The translations under genes were made by a program, and so were the position numbers. Of a stretch of 64,000 bases of DNA, positions 12,260-25,904 are shown in pieces. Source of the stretch: the human T2T-CHM13v2.0 reference genome, Homo sapiens. Position 1 is the stretch's first letter. Each line of letters starts with the position of its first letter. The DNA is taken from the NCBI RefSeq assembly GCF_009914755.1, contig NC_060930.1. The stretch is one strand, 5' to 3'. A model generated the notes under the pieces. That model saw nothing but the letters and a program-made list of their open reading frames with translations, was not told where the DNA came from and did not search any database.

Positions 12260-14064
12260 GACATACTTTAGCTAAAATAATCAAATGAGTCAACATTGGA
12301 AGGTGTAAATAACTCAGTGAACCAATATTTTCCAAATGACTAGCGCATAACATTACAAAATAACGCATGGGTAAAAAAATGCATTCAAAGTACCATATAG
12401 ACCAATGCATTTAAACGTAACAGAAGATAAACAGTTCACTGATACAGTTTCAGAGTCAAGGTTGCAATTTAAACTTAAGAAACTACAACTTGGAGAATTG
12501 TAGTGTAGTATCAAAGAATATTCACAATTTTCTGAAAAGGTTATTAAAACAGTTCTCATTTTTCTAACTGAGTATCTTTATGAGGCCAGATTTTCTTCAC
12601 ACACTCTAACTAAAATAATATATGCAAACAGGTTGATTACAGAAACAGATATAAATGCTGGTCTTTTATTGAGTAAGAAATTAAAAAGATTTATAAAAAT
12701 ATAAAATGATAATATTCTTTTCACTGCTTTTTTTTGAGAACTATCATTTCCCCTAAAAGTATTATTTGTATTAACATGTTTATATGTAACATGTTAACAG
12801 ATTTATTATTATTTAAAAGTGAATTTTAAAAAACTGTCCCAGTTGTAATTTTTATTTTGATTTTTATATTTTTTTATTATACTTTAAGTTCTAGGGTACA
12901 TGTGTACAACGTGCAGGTTTGTTACATACGTATATATGTGCCATGTTGGTGTGCTGCACCCATTAACTCGTCATGTACATTAGGTATATGCATGGGCAAG
13001 GACTTCATGTCTAAAACACCAAAAGCAACGGCAACAAAAGCCAAAATTGACAAATGGGATCTAATTAAACTAAAGAGCTTCTGCACAGCAAAAGAAACTA
13101 CCATCAGAGTGGACAGGCAACCTACAGAATGGGAGAAAATTTTTGCAATCTACTCATCTGACAAAGGGCTAATATCCAGAATCTACAAAGAACTCTAACA
13201 AATTTACAAGAAAAAAACAAACAACCCCATCAACAAGTGGGCAAAGGATATGAACAGACACTTCTCAAAAGAAGACATTTATGCAGCCAACAGACACATG
13301 AAAAAATGCTCATCATTACTGGCCATCAGAGAAATGCAAAGCAAAACCAAATGAGATACCATCTCACACCAGTTAGAATGGTGATCATTAAAAAGTCAGG
13401 AAACAACAGGTGCTGGAGAGGATGTGGAGAAATAGGAACACTTTTACACTGTTGATGGGACTATAAACTAGTTCAACCATTGTGGAAGACAATGTGGCAA
13501 TTTCTCAAGGATCTGGAACCAGAAATACCATTTGACCCAGCCATCCCATTACTGGGTATATACCCAAAGGATTATAAATCATGCTGCTATAAAGACACAT
13601 GCATACGTATGTTTATTGCAGCAATATTCACAATAGCAAAGACATGGAACCAACCCGAATGTCCATCAATGATAGACTGGATTAAGAAAATGTGGCACAT
13701 ATACACCACGGAATACTATGCAGCCATAAAAAATGATGAGTTCATGTCCTTTGTAGGGACATGGATGAAGCTGGAAACCATCATTCTCAGCAAACTATCA
13801 CAAGAACAAAAAACCAAACACCACATGTTCTCACTCATAGGTGGGAATTGAAGAATGAGAACACATGGACACAGGAAGGGGAACATCACACACCGGGGCC
13901 TGTTGTGGTGTAGGGGAAGGGGGAGGGATAGCATTAGGAGATGTACCTAATGTAAGTGACGAGTAATTTTTAATATAGTAAATATCTCACATACACAAAA
14001 GCTTTTTCAGTTCGTTAGTAATTTAAGAGTACAAAAGAGTCTTGAGACCAGTTTGAGAGCAACT
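12260..14064 (+). mobile_element. Charlie1-type hAT DNA transposon 3' part, interrupted by the L1 at 12855-13962
   Basis: ccaaatgac...atgggtaaaa...attcaaagt...tatcaaagaatattcacaa; terminal tttaagagtac...cttgagaccagtttgagagc resumes after the L1. Confidence 0.65.
12855..13962 (-). mobile_element. 5'-truncated L1PA with 5' inversion
   Basis: 12855-12989 is the minus-strand L1 3' end with its tail; 12990-13962 is plus-strand ORF2 C-terminus/3'UTR ([12 protein letters not shown]...[15 protein letters not shown]; WMKLETIILSKLSQ). TSD gtaattttta at 12845-12854 and 13963-13972. Confidence 0.93.
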
Positions 14065-14076
14065 ATTCTTCATCTA

Positions 14077-14396
14077 TAGACACTCCTTGACTTATTGTGG
14101 GTAACATCTTATACACCCACTGTGAGTTGAAAATATTATTAAGTTGAAAATGCACTTAACACACCAATCCTACTGGACATCATAGCTTAGCTTAGCCTAC
14201 CTTAAATGTGCTGAGAACACTGACATTAGCCTATAGTTGGGCAAAGTCATCCAACACAAAGCCTATTTTATAATAAAGTGTTGAATATGTCATGTAATTT
14301 ATTGAATACTGTACTGAACGTGAAAAACAGAATTGTTTCACACCATTGTAAAGTTGAAAACTCAGAGGTCGAACCATCATAGGTCATGGCCATCTG
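14077..14396 (+). mobile_element. MER47A-like (Tigger-family MITE)
   Basis: ...catcatagcttagcttagcctaccttaaatgtgctgagaacac...gtcgaaccatcat...ccatctg followed by ta. Confidence 0.8.
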
Positions 14397-14701
14397 TATA
14401 CCTAGAAAGAGAATTGCTAGGTTGTAGGGTATGCACATACTTAAAAGTGTTTTTCCATAGTCATTGCTTCAAATGCTCTCATAAGTAGTTATTATATAAG
14501 TTTCTACTTCTCTACTCTCTCACCAAAAAGATAATTTTCATTTAAAGAATTTAAAAAAATAAAGTATAGATACAAACACACAGAAAAAATTCTTAAAAAT
14601 TGTGAGATCTAAATGCTATGTATAGGTCATGTATCAGTTTCTTAGAATTCTAAGTTTTATTTGAACTTGGGAAGATATATCTGGTATCTTTTTGGTAGTT
14701 T

Positions 14702-16815
14702 ATGAAACAGCTTTATTGAAGTATAGTTGATATTAGAATTGCACATATGTAAAGTGTACTATTTGATAAGTTTTGACAAACCTATACACTCATAAAACCA
14801 ACACCAAAAATAAGATAATGAACATATCCATCACCTCCAAAAGTTTCCCCATACCCTTTAAAAATTCCTCTTTCTCTTCTCCTGCTGTCCCTTAGCAACC
14901 ACCAATTTGCTTTCAGTCAATATAAATTAGTTTGCATATTCTAAATTTTATGTGAAGGGAATAAAACTTTTTTCTTGAGAGGGAATGTCTGGATTCTTTC
15001 AGTTAGCTAATTACTTTGAGATTTATCCATGTTATTGAATGTATCAATAATTCATTCCTTTTTATTGTAGAGGTGTATTCCATTAGATGAACATACAAAA
15101 ATTATTTATTCATTCACCTGTTGATGAACAATTAAGGGTGATTCCAGTTTTTGGTGATTACAAATAAAGCTGCTATGAACATTTACATATATCTATTTAT
15201 ACGGACATATGCCTTCATTTCTCTTGGGTAATTTTCTAGAAGTAGAATAGTTGAGTCATTTTTAAGTAAACATTTAATTTTAGGGAACTGCTTTCAGAAA
15301 GCTGTTTTTCAAACTACCAAAAAGATACCAGATATATCTTCCCAAGTTCAAATATTTAATTTTAGGGAACTACTTTCTTGCCTGATGGCATTTCTACCAT
15401 GCTACATTACCACCAGCAGTGTATGAGCATTCTAGTTGCTCTACATCTCTGCTAAGACTTGATATGGTCCTTTTTTTTTTTTCTATTATAACAGGTATGT
15501 TGTGATATCTCTCGGTGGTTTTTCTTTGCATTTCCCTAATGACTATAATGGTGTTAAACATTTATGTCACGAGCTTTTCATTTGTTTATTTGCCATTGGT
15601 ATACATTCTTTTCCTATTTTTATTGGATTATTTTATTATTGAGTTATTCTGGATCAAGTCCTCTATCATACATGTGACTTGCAAATATTTCCTCTAAATC
15701 TATGGCTTCCCTTTTCATTTTCTTAACAGTGTCTTTGAAAGAACAGAAATTTTTAATTATGATGAAGTCCTATTTATGGAGGTTTTCTTTTAAGAAATCT
15801 TTGCTTAATCCAAGGTCACAAAGATTTTCTACGTTTCTTCTACACATTTTATAGTTTTAGGGTTGTACGTACACTTAGGTCAATAATACATTGTTAGTTT
15901 TTATAAATGGCATGAGGTATGGATGTTTCATTTTTCTGCATATGGATATCAAATTTTTCCAATGCCATTTGCTGAAAAAAAACTATTCTTTCTCCAGTGA
16001 ATTGCCTTTGCATCTTTGTCAAAAATAAATGGACCACAAATCTTTGAGTCTCTTTTAGGACTCTTTATTCTGTTCTGTTGACCTATTTGTCTGTCTTTAT
16101 ACCAATACCACACTACTTTGATTACTATAAATTTATCATAATTCATAAAATCAGATAGTGTTAGCCCTTCAAGTTTATTATATTTTGTTCAAAATGGTTT
16201 GTGGCTTTTTTAGGTCCTTTGTATTTCCGTATGAGTTTTAGACTGAGCTTATCAACTTTAACAGCAACAAAAAAGTCTTCTGGGATTTTGAATGGGATTA
16301 TGTTGACCCTATAGATCAATTTGGGGTAAACTGGCATCTTAACAATATTGAGTTTTACAATCCATGTACATGGTCTGTCTATTTATTTTGGTCTTTAATT
16401 TCTCTCAGCAATGTTTTGTTCTTTTCAATACATCAGTCTTACACATATTTTGCCAGATGCATTCCTAATGTTTTATACTTCTTCAAGATATGGGGATATT
16501 TATTTTTCATTTCAGTATCTAAATGTTCTTGCCAATATTGAGAAATATAAATGATTTCTGTATCTTGATCTTGTATTCTGAAACTCTGCTAAACTTCCTT
16601 ATCAGTTCTTTTTGGTAGAATCCATCACATTTTCTGCATGTATGATCATGTCACTTGTGATAAATTCAGTTTTACTTTGCCTGGTGTTCAATATACTGAC
16701 AACACTTATTTAATATGCTTTTGTCCAGTGTTTTGGTTGTCTTAGGCATGAGTGAAAATAAAGACAATCTCACTCTGTTACTTGTTACCCCATCTTGCCA
16801 CAAAGTATCAGTCTC
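14702..16815 (-). mobile_element. Old L1 (L1MB/MC-type), 3'UTR plus ORF2 end
   Basis: acagctttattga...; ORF 15949..16146 (VIKVVWYWYKDRQIGQQNRI...IFDKDAKAIHW) is L1 ORF2; flanks share tctttttggtagttt (possible TSD at ~14687 and ~16816). Confidence 0.85.
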
Positions 16816-18406
16816 TCTTTTTGGTAGTTTGAAGCAATTGAAAATTAATCTTAGAAAGATTAATTAAATCTCTCTAAGGTGAGATTTTCATAAACAAGAG
16901 AATGAAGGAAATAGGTATAAGCAGAAAGACAACTTTAACTTTCAGGAGATATAAGTAATTGTTCACTAAAACAAGAAAATAGCAACAAATATAAATAGTT
17001 CTCAAATTTGTGGTCACCTACTTCTTTTCCCACTACTATATGAGATTGTCAATCACTTAAATCCTAGGAAAAGATAGCTGTTTATGACAGGGCCCTTGTT
17101 ATCTGTTGCTTGGACTGCTCTATAAACTCTTCTCTGAGTCATCTCCAGCACAACTAGATACTTTTGTGAAAAATTAATTACCCATGTGTGCCCTTCTGAT
17201 CATAGCTGTCACTTGCTCAAAACCCCCTGGGGCCTACTGCTGTCCATTTAATAAAATATAAATGTCTGAAGTATGTACTTTATACCTTATATTTTGAGTA
17301 TACGGCCTCTCATCAGAAGACTCAGCTACCTTACTAATCTTTTCTCTGCTACAAATTGTGCCAACAAAATTATGATACCTTTACGTGCTATTCTCATTGC
17401 CTAGAACGTCTCTGCCTTCACTCTATAGAGAGCTCATCTCTCAAGATCAATCTCAAATACAATATTCTCCACGAAGTCTTTTCTGATATTACCTTCAAAT
17501 AGAAGAGAGGCTTTGATTTTCTCTTCCATGCAAGTAAGGCAAAGGACATGGGACTGGGGGCAAGAGGCCTAGTTCACAATCTCACTCTGCTACTTATGGA
17601 CAAGTTAATTTGACCACTCTGCAGCTCCATTTTTTTTTTCACCTAGAAATAAGAATAATATTAACTATTTTATGTGATGAACACTGTCATTTGTGGTAAT
17701 TATCACCCTATATGACTCTACTGTAGTCCTTATTACACAGAATTATCATTGTTAGTCTACATAGGTCTCTCCCCGACTGGAGCTCAAGGTCTAACAGGTA
17801 ATAAGGGGGCCATATCTGTATTTATGGATCCCTAGTACCTACCACAGGTCTTCATGTATAAAAGACACTTAGTAAATGAAAGATGGCTGTAACTGGCTTG
17901 TCATATGCCTGAATCTAAAATACTTTCATACTAAAATTAATAGTAGATATTATAGGCCAATTATCTCAATAACTCTTACTAGACATAAGTGAATCAACAA
18001 ATTAGAAAGAGTTACTTTCTATTTCATTGTTATGTATACTTTTATCAGCAGCCTAATTTAGGAAAGTATCCTCTATTCCATTTTAAAATCTCTCCCTAAG
18101 TTTAATTATATGACTCTGTAAAACCCCACTAGTACAGCAATTTTCCTTTGCACAAATGTCAGAAAGGGGAATAAAAACTGGTCATTCTTTTATTTTATAA
18201 TCATCATGTAAACTTGAGCTTCCACAAGGAGAAATGAGAAACTACAGACCAAAGTCCAAGGTCACACTAAAATGCAGTTTTAAAATATTCCTGTCACATA
18301 ATAATAGCTCAGAATATTTGCCACATGGACAAGCTTATATATATATGCAAGATTATTCATTGTAATTCTTTTAAATTTACATCTCATTCCTTCCTTCTTC
18401 TCTTTC

Positions 18407-18750
18407 TGTTATGGACTGAATATTTGTGTCCCCTCAGCCAAATTCATATGTTGAAATCTACCCCCAATGTAATGGTATTAGGAGAGGAAGACTGTGGGAG
18501 ATGATTATGTCATGAGAGTAGAGGCCTCATGAATGGGATTAGTATCTTATAAGAGAGTCCCCAGAGAGCATACTAGTTCTTTCCTCCATGCAAGGGCACA
18601 ATGAGAAGTCAGCAGTGTGCAGTACAGAAGAGACCCCTCACCAAAACCTGACTATGCTGGACTTCCTATCTCCAGAACTGTGAGAACCAAATTTCTGTTG
18701 TTTATAAGCATCTAGTCTATGATGTTTTGGTAGCCCCTGCAAACTAATAT
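18407..18750 (+). mobile_element. MLT1A-like MaLR LTR
   Basis: tgttatggactgaat...tgtcccc...ttcatatgttgaaat...tccagaactgtgagaa...aatttctgttgtttataagc. Confidence 0.85.
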
Positions 18751-19366
18751 CCATTGTACCTCCCTCCCTTCCTTGATCCCTCTCTTCTAGTTAACAACAA
18801 TCAAAGAGTTCAAACTTGCAAACATTTGTAAACAGAAATAAATTGTTGCTATCCAGACAATACGAAAAAGTGATACAGATGATTCAGACGTTTTTCTTCT
18901 TGGGTTCAGCACAAATGACAGACATTAACATTGCCTCACCAACAGCTATTCCTTCCCTCTTCTTTGCCAGCAGAATCCTGCCCCCATCCCTTCTCTGCCC
19001 ATCAGAAAGGCCAAAATGCCAGACAGGTGCAATCCAGGCTTCCCTTGTAGCTAGATATGTAAGCAGCAGTCTGCTGAGTCACTTGGGAAGACTCTTTCTT
19101 TCATAATAAACAGTTGTTATTAATATAATAAACAGGATGGAAACATGTCTCTTCTCCATCAAGAATGTTGTTGTGTATGCATGTGATGTCATGGCCATCT
19201 CAACAGGAGGACAGACTTCATCTATAAGTTGAAGATAACAGATGGGAGTTATAGAAAGCACCTGGGTCTGAATCATGTTTTTTGTTTGTTTGTTTGTTTT
19301 GTTTTTAACTGAAAATCAAACCCTGGAAGTACCCTTGCTGGGAACTTCTTGTTAAGAAAGACAGTA

Positions 19367-19698
<332 letters not shown>

Positions 19699-20511
19699 TT
19701 AGTTGGGGTATTCTGTTACTTGCAACCAAATGCATGCTAAGTAATACAAGCTACAACAAAACACCAAAGAAAAGGAACCAGACCTATGGCCTCTCAAGTA
19801 TCTTCCAGCTCTAAGTTTCTCTGAGTATCTTACTGCTCCTCAAAATCTCAAGGCTTCTATGCTTTCAAAGAATGTTCAAAATTCTAGTAGTGTCTTCCTG
19901 TGGGATAAGAGCCCTTTCTAAGTTCAGTTTCAGGTGAGTTGGTTACAGATATTTAATGGGTTATATTTCGGGAAGGAGAAAGGGGCTATCTTTTTCCCAT
20001 GCGGAATGAAGACCTAACAATGTGAAACAATTTTATAAAATATAAATTATGCATATAGAAGTTCTGAGGTAACATGGGAAAGACAGGGAAATCATCAGAA
20101 CAGGAATCTAAAGAGGATATTGGACATTTCATGCACTTCCCAGAAGAAGGGAGGCTAAGGAGAGGTATTGGGTGAACTGTGTAAGTCTAGGCGAGACTGA
20201 GCTAGAGGGGCTCTCCATTGTCAAATGAAACGACCTACTGACGGTTTAGGTGGGAGGGATACCTGAAGGGGAGGTGCTGAGAACTGCATAAATGAGAACA
20301 AAGGAGGGGAAAACAAGAATAAGAAGTGATAACCTTTAATTGCTAACTGTAGACAATGGATGAATAGGGCAAGTAAGAAAAGAATAGACACCCTCTAAGC
20401 TTATAGAGATAAAGGGGAGCAGCTTATAAATATGCCTAATACAATAAATTTTATTTGTAGAATTTAACAACAGATATCCTTCCTCAAATAAATGCTTTAA
20501 ATAGAAAGATA

Positions 20512-20668
20512 ATGTGAGCTTTAAAATACATTATTTACTTTAGTTGATACAGCTGAATACTTGTATTTTTATATTAACATGTGAACTTCAAAGTAACATT
20601 ATTTACTTTAGTTGATATACCTGAATAAATACTTGTATTTCTTCATTAACATGTGAACTTTAACGTAA
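20512..20668. repeat. ~70-bp tandem duplication (~2.2 copies)
   Basis: acattatttactttagttgata...tacttgtattt...attaacatgtgaactt repeated. Confidence 0.85.
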
Positions 20669-21050
20669 TCTAGTTTCTAAACTATTTCAGTAACTTCTTT
20701 CATTTTGAAAAAAATATATATACTTTGTAATTTTTTGTAGTCCTCTGTGGAAATATATGCTACAAAAATTCTCTTACACTATTTGTTCCCCAATAGGATT
20801 TTGGCAGATTCAAAATTAGGAAACGCAGCATATATCACAGTTATTGAGTTAAGATTTTGGAGCCAGAGGAGACCTAGTTCAATTACCTTATATTATTTAA
20901 TACTGTGTGAACTTGAGCAAAGTTGCCTCTCTTAACCTCCATTTCTTTATTACCGTAAGGGAGATAATAATAGCACCTACCTGACAGCTGTTTTACTAAA
21001 CTAGGTAATGCAAGCAAAGTATATAGCACAGAGCCTGATACACTTGAAGG

Positions 21051-21051
<1 letters not shown>

Positions 21052-21102
<51 letters not shown>
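21052..21102. repeat. (CA)n microsatellite
   Basis: About 25 CA units. Confidence 0.97.
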
Positions 21103-21106
<4 letters not shown>

Positions 21107-21151
21107 TATAATTAGATTCACCCTTTGGCTGCCAATGTCAAAAAAAGATTT

Positions 21152-21368
21152 GGCCATGGCAGGAAGATTGCTTGAGGCCAGGAGTTCGAGACCAGACTGG
21201 GCAAAATGGCTAGACATCATCATCTCTACAAAAAGTCCTAGCTGCTGGGAGGCTGAGGTGGGAAGATCACTTGAGCCCAGTAATTCAAGGTTACAATGAA
21301 CTATGATTGCCTCACTGCACTCCAACTTGGGCAACAGAGCAAGACCCTATCTCAAAAAAAAAAAAAAA
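21152..21368 (+). mobile_element. Internally deleted AluJ-like element
   Basis: gcttgaggccaggagttcgagaccag...gatcacttgagcccag...polyA. Confidence 0.8.
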
Positions 21369-21399
21369 GAATGTGACATACTTTGTTGATTAATATATT

Positions 21400-22265
21400 A
21401 ATTCATTAACACATTTTTATTTAGTGCCTGCTATGTGCCAGGCACTGTTCTATCTATCATCTAGATATAATAGCAGTGAACAAAACAGACAGTGTCTGCC
21501 TTCATGGAGCACACATTCTAATGGAGGAAACACGCAGACAACTAGACATACAATGTCGAGCACAGATAATGTTATGAAAAATAAAAAAGTAAGAAGAGAA
21601 ATAGATAGAGGATACTGCTTCAGATAGGGTGATCAGAAAAGGCCTCCCCAAGGAAATGAAATTTAAAGTGGTCTAAATGTAGTGAGAAAGCCAGCGATTC
21701 AGTCATCTTGGGAAGGAACATTCCAGGCAGAGGAAAGCAGCAAAAGCAAAGGTCCTAAGGCAAGGGCATGCCTGATGGATTCAAGAAAGAACCAGAAAGC
21801 CAGTGTGACTGGAGAAGAGCAAGCAAGGGACGGAGTGGTGGACAGAGAACTGACCAGGTTCCAGACAACTCTGTGCATTATAGCATTATAGGTCACAGAA
21901 GGGACTTGATATTTCATTCAAAATGTAATGGGAAGCTGCTAGAGGGTTTTGGTCAGGGGAGTATTGTGAGTCAAGTTTTATTTTGAAGAATTACTATGGT
22001 GGCTATATGGAGCAAAGACTGGGTGAGGAAAGGGGAGTCAGGGAGACAAATAAAAGAGGTTATTTTAATAGTTCAGGTGAGTGGTGTTAATGAGCTTATA
22101 TTAGTGTGGCAATGGGATAGAAGCAGGAAAACAAAAGGTAGGATTCTGGATATTCCAAAGGCAGAGCCAAGAGGAATAGCTGATAGATTTGATGTGGGAA
22201 AGAGGACATTAGATACCAAAAGGAACAAAGAATGATAAGCTTGCAGCCCCTGAACAACTGGACAA
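21400..22265 (-). mobile_element. L2 fragment
   Basis: ttcattaacacattttt...tgcctgctatgtgccaggcactgttct...aaggaacattccaggcagagg. Confidence 0.8.
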
Positions 22266-24205
22266 AATACCTCTTGTACACTCTCTGGAAAAAGGAAAGA
22301 AAAACACTGTAGGTGAGCCGTGCTTGTATCTAGTTCATGTTTCTCTTTCCACCCACTTCCACCTAGTTGTCACTCTCTTCCTTGACTTCATTCCCAACCA
22401 CAGGAGACCCCATGCCTTGTGCAATGTTTGAGACACATCCAAAGGGATGTCTACTTTCTACAGAGCAGGTAAGGGGGTACCCTCAGAGTTATGTCAGTCA
22501 TTTCAGAATCACTGGCAAGCTATACCCCAAAATGCTCTCAATGTAGACCAGTCTGAGGTACAGGCATCAGCAACACTTCAAAATGAACATTATAAATTAC
22601 TGATTATGATTCTTCTGACCAGTTAGAGTAGAGGAGATAATGACCATGAATGTAACACCATGAACTCACAGAGCTCCAAAGAGCCAGCAAAATTTCCAAC
22701 CATGTGCATGAGTCTGAAACTAGGGCCATGCACCACTATTACTTCAGAAGGGGATGGTGGAGAGAAGCTGCCCGTGTGCCAAATATTGTCAATCCTTAGG
22801 GTAGTAGAAAATTATTTAGACAAAAATTGGAAATTTATATTTTTGTCTTTTAGGGTTTGTGCACAGCTTGTTGTGGCATTAACAATGTGACCTTAAGCAT
22901 GTAATTCAATTTCCTTATCCTACAGTTTTCTGTGAGGTAGAAATAATACATGCATGCCAGCTGTAATACTACATTGCTTTTATATTTTATCCTCTTTTGA
23001 GTGTTTTCTTATAAATTGTCATGGGATTCTCAAAAGAACTCTGTGCTTTAAGAATCAGAAATTTACAGGAATAGAACTTTAAAAGGATAAGTAAAAACAC
23101 AGATCATTCTATAGAGGTGGAAGATGACCATTTGTAACAGACTACTGAAACAGAAGATCTTGGTGTTCTGGGCAATCCACAAAGAATCTCAAGCCAGTTC
23201 TCTAAGCTGGCAGTAATTGCTGGAAGGATGGCCTTTGCTGACTTTGTTGCTAGGGAGATTTTAGAAGATATGAGCAGCTTGGGTTACTGATTTCCTGCTA
23301 CTGCCACACAATGATCAATTACCATGTCTAGTCTTCAAGTATGTCAGGTAAATTAACACATGTCCTATTTACATGACAGCCTTGAGGTTTTTTTCTTTTT
23401 CAAAGAATCTTGAACTAAAAGTAAACTTGAGGAGTTTACATTCAAATTATCTCCAAAACAGTATTTTAGGTGTCTCTAGAGAAGAATTTACCATATTGGT
23501 TAACTTACCATCTCCCAACACCGATTGACCAGCCCTGAACATCTTTTAAAAATATCTAACCCTCATGCTCTAACCACAACCCATCACTTCCTACTCTATC
23601 CTCAGAAAAGAATAGCTATTTTATCCTTATTTAACTCCTTATATTCAATACTTCCTGGTAGAGTGCTCTCGAGCCATAAAAAAAACAGCGTTTCATAAAT
23701 GGGACTCAAAAAGCAGACACAAGGCATCAGTTTTCTGTTCCAATCAAGCTGCCTACCCACACACGTGAAACTTATGTTTCCTAAAAATAAATAGTTCAGA
23801 AATGGCAACTGCTGCTGCAGGCATTTGGGACTTTTCTCCTTTGCTGTATCTATAACCTAATCTCTAAGATGTCTCTCAAATTCTTTTCTATTTTTCATTC
23901 CAAGGTTATCACAGCACTGGATCTAACCTTCTACCTTCCACTCCTGCTCCTCCCCTATTGAGAATCCTTGGCACCATCTCCCAGCATTATCCCACCTCTT
24001 TGGCCTTACCAAAGCCTTACTGTTATTATTCTTGAACGCCCTCATCTTACTTCCTAGGAGGAATCATCCAATAAAAATCCAAGTCTGTTTTCTCTCGGAA
24101 GTACCAAGGAATACAACTTTAGTTCTCAGTACATCATTTTACTTTACTGCAGGATTTAAGTAAAAAGAAAGAAATAATATCTAAGTGAAATGAAAAAAAA
24201 AAATA

Positions 24206-24538
24206 CAGCTGGCCTTCTATATCCACAAGGTCCACATCCTCAGATTCAACCAAACTCAGATGGAAAATATTTGAAAAGAAAACCACCACACACACACACA
24301 AAATACAACAATTAAAAAAATACAAATAGAAAACCAATATAGGATAACAACTATCTATATAGCATTCCCATTGTATTAGGTATTATAAGTAATCCAGGGA
24401 TGACTTAAAGCACACAGGAGAATGTTCACAGGTTATATGGAAACACTACATTTTATATCAGGGACTTGAGCTTCCACGGGATTTGGTATCCACAGGGAGT
24501 CCTGGAATCAATCCACCATAGATACTCAGGGACACCTG
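24206..24538 (-). mobile_element. MER2 (Tigger-family MITE)
   Basis: cagctggccttctatatcc...attcaaccaa...gggacttgagc...ctggaatcaatcc...gatactcagggacacctg. Confidence 0.8.
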
Positions 24539-25904
24539 AATTTAAGCTTCCCCTCCATAAATATCCTTAATTCCTAGGGGAAAAAAAGAAAAGGGAAACT
24601 AGTTTTTTAAAAAATGGTTTTTACACTTCTTTAAAAACACTGAAGAGAAGTTGCTGAGACTACATTTGCTGATAAGTAAATTGTGGGGAGAAATGAAGAC
24701 TGGGCAGAAATTTAGAAATAAAAGTCGACAGCAGCAGAAAGGCAAATTTTTCAGTAGGTCTACCCCTGAAGCCCCAGGCCCCATCCCTATCTCTTCTTTT
24801 TCTACAAGGCCCTGCACATCTGAGATCCTTGACCAGGCCAACCCGTTCCATTCTCTTCTATCCAACAGGTAGAAAAATGAATGAAGTTCCTACTTCCACT
24901 ATAGCTTGGGGTCGCGAGGAAAGATCTTTCTGACACCCCCAAATAGAACTTTATGTTTTTAATCCTTAAAACACTGTAACAACGATTAGTTTCTTCAAGT
25001 AGTTCAGCCCTAGGCTTCAATGCACTTCAAGCTTGGAGAGCTACCTGGAGAACTTAAATATTAATCAGAATATAGTTCTAGAATAAAGTGATTTCTAAGA
25101 TTTAAAAAGCTTCAGTGTTCACAATCAGCAACACAAAATTATATACTACTCATGTCCACTTACATTTTTTTTTCAAAAAGTTAACCTAAATGAAAATACA
25201 GCTATCTTTCCCATAGCACAGATAATGCTTCATATACTCAATTATTAACAGCTCTTTATAAGGACACCTCTTAATATCTCTTTATAGCTCTCAGAGCTAA
25301 AAGCAACTCAGTCAAATATATTTACAGAACCTTCTGGGTCACCCAGATAATTTATGCCAAATAAAAGGCTAGACCTCTCTCAATCAAGTTTAAAAATTTA
25401 GGATTAAAGAGTTTATCATATTACTTCCCCCCCATTCATACCTATACCACTATTTGTACCCGAAAATGTTACCCAACTCAGTAACCATAGTAGTAGACAC
25501 ATCAATTATTCAATTCAAAAGGAATAAGTAAGGTTTTAAATTTTTACTTTCTGTATGGCAACGTCCCTCTTACCCTATTCTATAACTTCTGTTCTTGTTT
25601 TCATTTCCTTTCATTCAAGCAGTAGAAAAAATTTGGCACTGTCACATTCCATCGAAAACTCACTCTCTGATGACCCAACTCTTTTTTAAAACTATCCAAA
25701 TCTAAGTGCTCTGAGCATGTTCACCAGACAGGCAGCTTCACAACTGTAGGATATTTAGGCAATCTGTTTTATTCTATTATATCTTCTCCAAACTTAATTC
25801 TTCTTAGTTCTGCCCTTCTCTTTATAAATTTTGCATACCACTAAAAAGGATGATATACAAGTTTGCGGGTATTTTCTTGAGTTCTCTAGTGCTCAGTCTA
25901 GAAC

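Noticed and set aside
12857-13851. L1 ORF2-like ORFs
   Set aside because: Fragments of a truncated, inverted L1 with stops and frameshifts
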